Shown piece by piece: positions 42,559-58,700 of a DNA stretch of 64,000 bases. This DNA comes from an uncultured Pseudomonadota bacterium. Its GTDB lineage: Bacteria > Pseudomonadota > Alphaproteobacteria > JACZXZ01. A program made the translations under genes and the position numbers. The notes under the pieces were generated by a model. The model did no database searches and was not told the origin of the DNA. It worked only from the letters and a program-made list of their open reading frames with translations. The stretch spans positions 448,001 through 512,000 of the forward strand of contig CAVVLJ010000004.1 in the NCBI GenBank assembly GCA_963749075.1. The letters run 5' to 3'. The first letter of the stretch is position 1. Each line of letters opens with the position of its first letter.

Positions 42559-42591
42559 AAAAAAGGGGGATGCGCCGCTGCCGCATCCCCC
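42559..42591 (-). terminator. Intrinsic terminator of nrdJ
   Basis: 10-bp stem GGGGGATGCG/CGCATCCCCC plus T6 on the minus strand. Confidence 0.85.
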
Positions 42592-42639
42592 TGAGGTCAG
42601 GGAGGAGTCCACCTCTGTCGCCGGGGAGCAGCGGCTGTC

Positions 42640-46350
<3,711 letters not shown>

Positions 46351-46502
46351 GATGCCGTCTCCCCCTCCGTTCGCTGCCCCGTCGGCCGACCCCTCGCGAG
46401 GCCCCTTGGGGCCCCCCGAGTCGCCACCCCGCCGAGCGCGGATTGCTGCCCTTGCCCAGTTCCGCGGTCGCCCCAAGTAATTGCGGTTTTGTGTCAAGCC
46501 AA

Positions 46503-46518
46503 CCGCTAGATATTGACC
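46503..46518. promoter_or_regulatory. NrdR box upstream of nrdJ
   Basis: ccgCtAgATaTtGacc fits the acaCwAtATaTwGtg consensus core. Confidence 0.55.
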
Positions 46519-46774
46519 AACGGGGGAGCGGTGCGCAAGTGAAATCTTCGCCCTTCGGGACGTTTTCAACAAATTTTTTCCGGGAGGTGTAGTATCGAAG
46601 GGACGTATGATTACAGTTATAGCAGAGCGCTCGATTGTCTTATTTGAAGACAACCACTGAGAGCGCCATGCCGGCGAGAGTCTATACTTCCGTCGTTTGG
46701 TGTCCCGCGGCCTTCATTCCTGTCGTTCGTGGCTTTCGAATCAGGGTGCGCAGAATAGCACCGGGCACGGGGAC

Positions 46775-46822
46775 AGTCAATATGTAGGGGCTTGCTCCGG
46801 AAGGGCCCACTGCATATAGGAA
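46775..46822. promoter_or_regulatory. Tandem NrdR boxes, 32 bp apart
   Basis: agtCaAtATgTaGggg (46775) and ccaCtgcATaTaGgaa (46807). Spacing typical of NrdR tandem sites. Confidence 0.65.
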
Positions 46823-47134
46823 AACTTCCGATGGCTGTCATCCCGGGCCCATCGGCCGGCAGAAGGCCGCTTCCGCGCCTCACGGCTCCGCCGCGGGCAG
46901 CGCCAACGGACGGCCGCGGCGCGTGAGGAAGGGGGCTGTCATCGCGAGCGTTGCGCCCAGCATCCGGAGCGCCCTCGGGCGCGGCGCCTTCTCGTTGCGC
47001 ATCCTCACGGAGCGGCGGGCAGCCCGTCTCCAGGCGGGCTCGGGCGGGCCTGGGCAGGCTGGACGGGGGCGGCGCCAAGTGCCATAGTCCGGCCGCGCAT
47101 CCCTTGCCCGAGGAAGCCTCAAGGACACCCGAGC

Positions 47135-47503
47135 ATGAGCGTCGGCACCCTTCTCTACACTTGGCTCCATGGCGAGCTCGTGGGGCGCGACGCCGAGGGC
47201 AACCGCTATTACCGGGAGAAGGGCGGGCGCCGGCGCAACGTGGGCGGACTCGGCCGCGAGCGCCGCTGGGTCATCTACGAGGGCGAGCCCGAGGGCTCGC
47301 GCGTGCCGCCCGAGTGGCACGCCTGGCTCCACCACACGGTGGAGGCGCCGCCTCTCGGCGAGCGTCCCACGCGGCCCTGGCTCAAGGCCCACGAGCCGAA
47401 CCTGACCGGCACGCCGCTCGCCTATCGCCCGCAGGGGCACGAGCTGCGCGGCGGCCGGCGCGCCAAGGCGACGGGCGACTACGAGCCCTGGCGCCCGACG
47501 TAA
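47135..47503 (+). CDS. NADH:ubiquinone oxidoreductase subunit NDUFA12 family
   Basis: VGRDAEGNRYY, RRWVIY, VPPEWHAWLHH, PNLTGT.AYRP. Confidence 0.93.
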   Translation: MSVGTLLYTWLHGELVGRDAEGNRYYREKGGRRRNVGGLGRERRWVIYEGEPEGSRVPPEWHAWLHHTVEAPPLGERPTRPWLKAHEPNLTGTPLAYRPQGHELRGGRRAKATGDYEPWRPT

Positions 47504-47534
47504 GCGGACACGGCAGGCGGACGGAGAAGGCGAC

Positions 47535-48026
47535 TTGGCACTGCGGATCAGCCGTGATGCGACCGAGATGCTGGTCGGTGCCGCGGCACTCGCCGCTTTC
47601 TCGCTCTTCGTCATCTTCGCCTTCACGGTCAACCAGAGCTCGGTGAGCGGCTACCAGCTCTTTGCCAAGTACCACCATGTCGACGGCTTGGCGCTCCACG
47701 CCGACGCGCGCCTCGCCGGCATCCGCGTGGGCGAGGTCACGGGCGAGCGCCTGACGAACGGGGACGAGGCGGTCGTCACCATGACGCTCAAGGACGGCAT
47801 CGAGATTCCGCGCGACAGCGCTGCGATCATCGCGAGCGACGGCCTGCTCGGCGCCAAGTTCATCAAGATCGATCCCGGCGGGGATCTCCAGATGATCAAG
47901 CCGGGCGGCTCCTTCGATTACGTCGAGGACTCCGTCGATTTCGAGCGCCTGCTGCAGCGCGTCGTGCAGGAGGCGGAGCAGACGCGCAAGGCGGCCCCGG
48001 CGGCGCCGGCCGGCAAGAGCGAGTGA
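47535..48026 (+). CDS. mlaD: MlaD/MCE family protein
   Basis: TM anchor, VDGL..ADARLAGIRVGEV, DGLLGAKFIKIDPG. Confidence 0.88.
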   Translation: MALRISRDATEMLVGAAALAAFSLFVIFAFTVNQSSVSGYQLFAKYHHVDGLALHADARLAGIRVGEVTGERLTNGDEAVVTMTLKDGIEIPRDSAAIIASDGLLGAKFIKIDPGGDLQMIKPGGSFDYVEDSVDFERLLQRVVQEAEQTRKAAPAAPAGKSE

Positions 48027-48042
48027 GCGGGGGGAGGGCGCC

Positions 48043-48525
48043 GTGCTGGGCAAGAACCTGGTCGAAACCATCATGGGCGGCCTCGTGCTGCTGGTCGCCG
48101 CCATCTTTCTCGGCTTCGCCTATGTCTCCGCCGACCTGCGTCCCGCCGCCGGCTATTCGGTGAGCGCCGTCTTCAGCTCGATCGACGGGCTCACCGTCGG
48201 CTCCGACGTGCGCGTCGGCGGCGTCAAGGTCGGCATCGTCACGCGCCAGGCGCTCGACCCCAAGGACTATCGCGCGCTCGTCACCATGAACCTGGAGCCG
48301 AGCGTCGAGCTGCCCAGCGATACCAAGGCGGTGGTGGCGAGTGCCAGCCTGATGGGCGGCAAATACATCAAGCTGGAGCCCGGCAGCGCCAAGACGATGC
48401 TGAAGCCGGGCAGCGAGATCACCGACACCGAGGGTGCCGTGGTGCTCGAGGAGCTTCTCGGCAAGATCATCTTCCTCGCGACCGATCAGACCCCGTCGAA
48501 TGCGGGCAGCGCCCCGGCGAAATGA
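48043..48525 (+). CDS. mlaD: MlaD/MCE family protein (second copy)
   Basis: IDGLTVGSDVRVGGVKVG, SLMGGKYIKLEPG. Confidence 0.92.
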   Translation: MLGKNLVETIMGGLVLLVAAIFLGFAYVSADLRPAAGYSVSAVFSSIDGLTVGSDVRVGGVKVGIVTRQALDPKDYRALVTMNLEPSVELPSDTKAVVASASLMGGKYIKLEPGSAKTMLKPGSEITDTEGAVVLEELLGKIIFLATDQTPSNAGSAPAK

Positions 48526-48569
48526 GGGTGCCCGCGGCACGGCCTCAAGGACCAGGTTGTGCGCGTGCG

Positions 48570-48651
48570 TTCCTCAGGATGAGTTCCATTTGCGTGTGGC
48601 AGAAAGACCCGACCTTATCCTGAGCGAGCGCAGCTTGCATCTCGAAGGATC
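48570..48651. repeat. REP/MITE-like element, family A copy 2 (inverted, degenerate)
   Basis: Reverse complement shares TCCTTCGAG, GCTGCGCTCGCTC, GCCACAC and TCCTGAGGA blocks in the same order as 12753-12884. Confidence 0.7.
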
Positions 48652-48703
48652 CGCCGCACGCGGTCCGAGGCGCCCTTGCACAGCGCGACGCCGCACTCCC
48701 CGC

Positions 48704-49099
48704 CTGAGGCGCCTCGCGGCTATTGCCGTCCTCGCCGCCGGCGTCTCGGCGGCGCGCGCCGACAGCTGGATCGACGAGGACACCGCGGTGCTCCAGGGGC
48801 TCGACAAGGTGACCGCGCAAATCTCGACGATCGAGGACAAGGTCGGCGAGACCGCGCATTTCGGCACGCTCGAGATCACCGTGCGCGCCTGCCGCAAGCA
48901 TCCGCCCGAGGAGCCGCCCGAGGCGGTCGCCTTCCTGGAGATCCGCGAGAAGAAGGCGGGCGAGGAGGCGAAGCTCCTGTTCAGCGGCTGGATGTTCGCC
49001 TCGAGCCCGGCGCTCTCGGCGCTCCAGCATCCCGTCTACGATCTCTGGGTCGTCGACTGCAAGAATCCGAAGAGCCAATCCTCGGGCAAGTCGGGCTGA
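48704..49099 (+). CDS. DUF2155 exported protein (start uncertain)
   Basis: [49 protein letters not shown]. Confidence 0.85.
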   Translation: MRRLAAIAVLAAGVSAARADSWIDEDTAVLQGLDKVTAQISTIEDKVGETAHFGTLEITVRACRKHPPEEPPEAVAFLEIREKKAGEEAKLLFSGWMFASSPALSALQHPVYDLWVVDCKNPKSQSSGKSG

Positions 49100-49686
49100 A
49101 AGACGGCGCTCTTGCCGAGTGCCGCCGCGAGCAGCGCGCGGTACTCGGCGCGCGGGATCTCGACGGCGCCGAACTGCTCGAGGTGCCTGGTGACGAACTG
49201 GGTGTCGAGGAGCGTGAAGCCGCCCGCCACGAGCCGGGCCACGAGATGGACGAGGGCCACCTTGCTCGCGTCGGCGGCCAGGCTGAACATGCTCTCGCCG
49301 AAGAAGGCGGCGCCGAGCGCCACGCCGTAGAGCCCGCCCAGGAGCTCGCCGCCCTGCCAGCACTCGACCGAATGGGCGATGCCCATCTCGTGAAGGGTGC
49401 CGTAGAGCCGCTCGATGTCGGGATTGATCCAGCTCTCGGGACGCCCTTCGCGGCACTCGGCGCAGGCGGCGATGACCGCCGCGAAGGCGCCGTCGACGCG
49501 CACCTCGAAGCGCCTCTGCCTGAGCGTGCGCCTGAGCCGGCGCGGCACATGGAAGCGCTCGAGCGGCATGATGCCGCGCCACTCGGGGTCGAGCCAATAG
49601 AGGTGCCGGCTCGCGCGGCTGTCGGCCATGGGGAAGATGCCGACCGCATAGGCGCGCAGCAGGAGCTCCGGCGTGAGCCTGGTCAT
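49036..49686 (-). CDS. aat: Leucyl/phenylalanyl-tRNA--protein transferase
   Basis: [45 protein letters not shown]. Confidence 0.95.
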   Translation of the reverse strand: MTRLTPELLLRAYAVGIFPMADSRASRHLYWLDPEWRGIMPLERFHVPRRLRRTLRQRRFEVRVDGAFAAVIAACAECREGRPESWINPDIERLYGTLHEMGIAHSVECWQGGELLGGLYGVALGAAFFGESMFSLAADASKVALVHLVARLVAGGFTLLDTQFVTRHLEQFGAVEIPRAEYRALLAAALGKSAVFQPDLPEDWLFGFLQSTTQRS

Positions 49687-49926
49687 GGGCAGACTATAGC
49701 GTGGCACCCGAATGCCACAAAAGCGCGCGCGGCGGCGGGCCGGGAGATCTTCGGGGGCGATGCCGCGGCGCTGCCGCCGCCCGACGCGGCGGCGCACGCA
49801 GGCGCCGGGCCGGCGGGGAGGCCGGCTTAGCTCACGATCTTGTCGTTTGGCTTGTCGGCAGCGAGCTTTTATCACTATATGTTGTATATTGGTCCGCGTC
49901 AGCATCGCCAGAGGCGGCCAGCTGCG

Positions 49927-52851
<2,925 letters not shown>

Positions 52852-52867
52852 GCTTGGCCCCGCCGCG

Positions 52868-53988
52868 TCAGTCGAGCGTCTCGCGGTAGGACCAGATGGC
52901 GATGGCTGCCGCCGCCAGCGTGAAGGCGGCGATCGGCCATAGTTCCGGCACGATCTCGGCGGCCCCGTTGCCCTTAAGCAGGATGCCGCGCACGATGCGG
53001 AAGGCGTGCGTGGTGGGAAAGACCTCGCCGATCCATTGCGCCCAGACCGGCATGCCGCGGAAGGGAAACATGAAGCCGGAGAGCAGGATCGACGGCAGCA
53101 GGGTGAATTGCGCCATCTGCATGGCCTGCATCTGGTTGGTCGCGATCGTCGAGAAGGTGAAGCCGAGCGCCAGATTGCTCGCGATGAAGAGCCCGAGCGC
53201 CAGCATGAGGAGGGGAATCGAGCCGCGCACCGGCAGATGGAAGACCGCCGCGGAGATCGCCATGATCAGGATGACCTGGATATAGCCGATCGCGATGTAG
53301 GGAACGATCTTGGCGAGCATGACCTCGACCGGGCGCACCGGCATGGCGAGGAGATTCTCCATCGTGCCGCGCTCCCGCTCGCGGGTGATCGACAAGGAGG
53401 TGACGATCAGCGTGGAGAAGAGGAGGACGACGCACATGAGCCCGGGCACGATGTTGAGGACCGTGAGCTGCTCCGGGTTGTAGCGTGCGTGGAGCACGAA
53501 GCCGAAGGGCGCGGTCGCGGGCTGCGAGCGGAGAAGCGGCGGCAGGTCGCGGTCGAGCGACCCGGCGAGGGCGGCGAGTGCGGCGGTGGCGTTGCCGATC
53601 GCCGTCGGATCGGTCGCGTCGGCGTCGACGAGTATCTGGGGCGCCTCGCCGCGATCGACCGAGCGAGCGAAGTCCGGCGGAATGTCGATGACGAAGAGAA
53701 GCTCGCCTTCCGCCAGCGCCCGCTCCGCCGCGGCCTCGGACGCGAGCGGACGGATGTCGTAGTAGCCGGTGTTGGCGAGCGCGGCAAGGATCGAGCGCTC
53801 GTAGCGCGAATGATCCGCCGAGAGAACTCCCGTCGGCAGGTGCTTGGGATCGGTGTTGATGGCGTATCCGAAGAGGAAGAGCTGCATGACCGGCAGCGCT
53901 ATGATCATGCGCAGCGTCAAGGGATCGCGCAGCACCTGGATGCACTCCTTGCGCAGCACGGCGGCGAAGCGCCGGAGGGAGAGGCCCC

Positions 53989-53992
<4 letters not shown>
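52868..53992 (-). CDS. ABC-2 exporter permease (YbhR/YbhS type)
   Basis: KECIQVLRD, QLFLFGYAIN, ITRERERGTMENLL, LSGFMFP. GTG start overlaps the ATPase stop. Confidence 0.92.
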
Positions 53993-54902
<910 letters not shown>

Positions 54903-54906
<4 letters not shown>

Positions 54907-55898
54907 GGCCGCCCGCCCGCGGCGGCCGCCCGGACCTCCATGGGCTGGCCGGGATTGACGAGGGTCGCCTGATCCGCCCGCGGCCGGGCCTCGATGAGAT
55001 AGACGAGCTTCGCCCGCGTCGATTCGCTGTAGATCACGGGCGGGGTGTATTCCGCCTGGGGCGAGATGAACGAGATCGTGCCGACGAGGCCGGCGGGACA
55101 GCCGTCGCAGCTGAAGGCGACGGGGTCGCCGCGGTGGAGCGACGAAAGGGCCGGCTCCGGGACGAAGAAGCGCACGAAGATGTTTCCCGGCGGCAGGATC
55201 GACACCACGGGAGCGCCGGCGGCCATCGTCTCGCCGGGCCGCGCGAGCACGTCGGCGACGCGCCCGCCGATGGGGGCGGCGACGCTCCTCTGGGCGAGCC
55301 GCCATTCGGCCATCGCGAGCGCGGCGCGCGCCGCCTCGGCCGCGGCTTGCTGCGCCTTGATCTCCCCGGCACGGCCGAGGGGCGCCTCGGCTTGCGCGAG
55401 TGCCGCCTCCGCGGCCTGCACCTTGGCCTCGGCCGAGCGGCGGTCGGCGCGGAAGTGATCAACGTCCTCTTTCGAGTTGCCGCCGATGCGCAATTGCGCT
55501 TCGCCGCGGTCGAGATCGAGGCGCGACCGCACGAGCGTGGCACGGGCATCCTCGAGGCTCGCCGCGGCCTGCGCGATCTCCGTCGCCTTGCTCGCGGCTT
55601 CGAGATTGGCGAGCTGCTCTTGCGCCTGGGCGAGCTGGCGCGCCGCCTGGTCGCGCTCGGCGCGCTCGGCGGTGTCGTCCTCAGCGAAGAGCGGCGCCCC
55701 CGCGGCGATACGGTCGCCGCGCTCGACCGCGACGGCGGTGAGCAGACCCTCCAAGACCGGCGCCACCTTGACGTAATCGGCCTCGCCGTAGCCCTGCCAA
55801 GCCGGTGGTGCCGCGCTGCGATGGCGCCACCACCACAGCGACGCAGCACCCCCGCCGATGGCGAGAAGGGCGAGCAGAATGAGAAGCGTACGCCGCAT
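54903..55898 (-). CDS. HlyD-family membrane fusion protein
   Basis: N-terminal TM, GYGEADY, coiled coil, FISPQAEYTPP. Confidence 0.92.
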
Positions 55899-55959
55899 CG
55901 CCGGGCCTCGCGCAAGCGGTGGAGCGCCGATCCGCGGATGGACTGCGGCGGCGGAAATA

Positions 55960-55990
55960 ATTATGATACGATACTGTATTGTATCGTAAT
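55960..55990. promoter_or_regulatory. Probable TetR operator (31-bp imperfect palindrome)
   Basis: ATTATGATACGATAC-T-GTATTGTATCGTAAT between the divergent TetR and exporter genes. Confidence 0.75.
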
Positions 55991-56053
55991 CCGGCGCAAG
56001 CGCTTTTGCCTTTCTCGGCGCTGCGGCGAAACCGCTTTGGCGAGCGTGCGGCG

Positions 56054-56719
56054 ATGGGCGGAAGAAGGATCGGAAGGCCGGCGCCGGCGGCGGCGCGCAG
56101 GGTGCCGGGGAGGCCGCGCAGCTCGGCGGCCGACGCGGCGATCCTGCGCGCCGGTCTCGAGCTCTTCGTCGAGCACGGCATCGGCGGCGCCAGCATCCAG
56201 CAGATCGCCAGGCGTGCCGGCGTCTCGCGCGCCACCATCTACCGGCGCTGGCCGGGCCGCGAGGAGCTCCTGGCGCAGGCCATCGAAGCGTGGAGGAACG
56301 CCAGCGGGCTCACCGCCGAGGTGGTCGACCGCACGCCGCCCGCGGCGTTCCCGAGGCTCCTGCTCGACGCCTGCAAGATGCTGGCGCGGCCGGAGATCCG
56401 CAACGTCATGGCGCGCCTCTTGGGCTCGCTGCCGGACTACCCGCAGCTGATGGCGGTCTATCGCGAGAGCTATTTCCTGCCCAGGCGACAGGCCTTCTTG
56501 CAGGCGCTCGAGCGGGCGCGGACGGCGGGCGTGCTCGCGCCGGGCGCCGACGTCCAGACGCTCGCCGAGATGATCGCCGGTGCCTTGATGCATCGGCTGC
56601 TGTTTGCACCGCCGGCGGAGAACGCGGCCCGCGAGCTGCGCGCCTTCTTGACGAAGCTCCTTCGGCAGGCGGGGTTCCGCCTCCCCCGCTCGCCGAGGAA
56701 GGCGCGGCGGAAGTCATGA
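56054..56719 (+). CDS. TetR/AcrR family regulator
   Basis: GRPRS, SIQQIARRAGVSRATIYRRW. Confidence 0.92.
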   Translation: MGGRRIGRPAPAAARRVPGRPRSSAADAAILRAGLELFVEHGIGGASIQQIARRAGVSRATIYRRWPGREELLAQAIEAWRNASGLTAEVVDRTPPAAFPRLLLDACKMLARPEIRNVMARLLGSLPDYPQLMAVYRESYFLPRRQAFLQALERARTAGVLAPGADVQTLAEMIAGALMHRLLFAPPAENAARELRAFLTKLLRQAGFRLPRSPRKARRKS

Positions 56720-56790
56720 CCGGCATCGGCGCCATGAGCGAGCTCGCTGCCGTTGCCGACCGGCCACGGCGGCTTTTGTCGGTTGCGGGT

Positions 56791-57515
56791 GTGCGCCGTG
56801 ACAAGGCGGCGCTTTCCAGTGGGTGCAAGGCCCACCCGGCAACCGCTCCAGCCGGAAGCAATCGGAGCAGTCATGGAGGTAACGAAATGACTGAAGCCTC
56901 TGATTAGCGTGTCACGAATTGGTGACAGCGCGAGTGTGCAGGCCGCAACGTGAGTGAACGCTGAGCAAGCCTCGAAAAGGACGATGCACAGGCCAACCCG
57001 ACGACCCTTTCGGGGAAGGCTGATACGGCTGGGAGATATGAGCGAAGACGACTTCCAGCTGCTGTGCCGGGGTAGTGGCGGCAGCATGTACACAAGGAAA
57101 GCGCACGCAACACGGGAAGCCCCGAGGCGTGGTCAGGGATGACCAACCGGACGCCCGCGAGGGACAGGCCGGGCGCCCTGGGGTGGCGGAGAGGTTCGTA
57201 GTACCGCTGAAGCCGGGTAACGCCGGTGGAGGGAAGGGACCTCAGTTCAAGACAGACGCAATACGCGGTGAAGGACCTGGAGATTGGGCAACCTATCAAC
57301 TCCGAAGAGTGTTCAGAAACTGCAGATGGTGTTGCACGCGAACTGTGAAGGCGTGAGGTCTTGTCCGAGAGCCGGATGCGGGAGATCCGCATGTCCGGTT
57401 CGATGAGCGGGGTGTGGAAACGGAGCCAGGGTCGAACCAGTGAGGCACCGCCAGACGAAAGGGGCGGCAACAGATATGTTCGGCCTACAGCCACCGCGCC
57501 ACACCTCGACTCTAC
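56791..57515 (+). mobile_element. ORF-less (internally deleted) group II intron, 725 nt
   Basis: 5' GTGCG, domain V GAGCCGGATGCGGGAGATCCGCATGTCCGGTTC (57369-57401), 3' end GACTCTAC. Only an IEP-like N-terminal remnant LGNLSTPKSVQKLQMVLHA (from 57284) remains. Confidence 0.9.
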
Positions 57516-57848
57516 CCCGCAACCAGCGTAATTTGCATGCCCGGAAGCGCCGAATCCCGCGCGCGCCGTTCGGTTGAGGGCACCTTCAGAAGGGCGCAGA
57601 AGGATAGCGGCCGCCGCCGGAGCGACTGTCGCGATGGCGATCCGCCGACAGCGGGCTCGGCGCTGGATCCATATCGGCGAGGGCCGTACAACGGTCGAAG
57701 GCCGGCGGCGTCGGCATTGGCTTGTCAAAATTCGCAGGTTGGGACAGATTTGGACTCGTACTGGCTTCCGTCTGGAGAATGCCGGCTTACATGATTATCC
57801 TCCACTGTCTTGCGAATGAAATATATCTGGAACTTCCAGGTTGAGAAC

Positions 57849-58268
57849 ATGAAAAGGTCGGGCGCGAGCCAAGGCCAGTCGGCATCGGAGCTCATCTCGA
57901 AAAGAATCGCCGAACTCGGGGACTGGCGCGGGGAAACCCTCGGCAGAATGCGCAAGCTCATCAAGGAAGCAGACCCGGACGTCGTCGAGGAGTGGAAGTG
58001 GATGGGCACTCCGGTTTGGTCGCACGACGGCATCATCTGCACTGGCGAATCCTACAAGAATGTCGTGAAGCTTACCTTCTTCAAGGGCGCGTCTCTGAAG
58101 GATCGGGCCCGTCTCTTCAACTCGAGTCTCGACGGAAACGCACGCCGCGCGATCGACATCCGCGAAGGAGAAGAAGTCGACGAGTCCGCCTTCAAGGCGC
58201 TCGTTCGCCAAGCGGTCGCCCTCAACAGTTCTGGCAAGTCGAAACCTTCGAAGAAAGCGAAGTCCTAA
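57849..58268 (+). CDS. DUF1801 (YdhG-like) protein
   Basis: [39 protein letters not shown]. Confidence 0.92.
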   Translation: MKRSGASQGQSASELISKRIAELGDWRGETLGRMRKLIKEADPDVVEEWKWMGTPVWSHDGIICTGESYKNVVKLTFFKGASLKDRARLFNSSLDGNARRAIDIREGEEVDESAFKALVRQAVALNSSGKSKPSKKAKS

Positions 58269-58466
58269 GGGATTCCGCCCCTGAACGGGTCCGAAATCGG
58301 GGTGGCGGAGGTGTCGTTCCGCCCGAGCGTACCTAGGTTGAAGATGGCCTCGACAGTCGCAAGGAGCGAATAGCGGCTTAGTGCTGCGGGCGATATGGGA
58401 TTAAATCTCACGGTTGCGTGACGAAGTACTTGCTGCGGGTGCGGCATCCGCCCCGGGGGCGAGACG

Positions 58467-58595
58467 GTGGCGTTCTCGATTATCCCGACCGTCTTGGGCA
58501 TCGGGGCGTTCTGCGCGCTTTTGTACGAATTGGCGGTCTATGCCCTGCCCGCCTTCGTTGGCTTCTCGGTCGGCTTTTGGGCGATCCATACGTAG
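58467..58595 (+). pseudogene. Truncated membrane-protein fragment (GIGAFCALLYELAVYALPAFVG), ICE/plasmid-type
   Basis: 42-codon hydrophobic ORF ending abruptly in TAG. I recall the LAVYALP motif from alphaproteobacterial conjugative-element hypothetical proteins (not searched). Confidence 0.4.
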
Positions 58596-58700
58596 ATCGC
58601 TTGAACGAGATTCGTCATCGCATAGCGAGCCCGGCAACCATGGGTGCCCCCTATCGCGATCGCAACATATGCCGGCATTCACCCTTGTTCCGTCGGTTCG

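Noticed and set aside
46351-47134. Cobalamin riboswitch or sRNA in the long nrdJ upstream region
   Set aside because: Only a partial CCCACTG-like match, with no convincing B12-box architecture by eye. NrdR boxes explain part of the region. An Rfam scan would be decisive.
57516-57525. tRNA gene (CCCGCAACCA)
   Set aside because: Only the 10-nt 3' end is present. There is no T-arm or cloverleaf upstream, either with or without the intron.
56716-57794. 117-aa ORF created by splicing out the ORF-less intron (ATG overlaps the TetR stop and the exons join in frame)
   Set aside because: The product has no recognisable motifs and looks like translated non-coding DNA. An in-frame join has a 1-in-3 chance.
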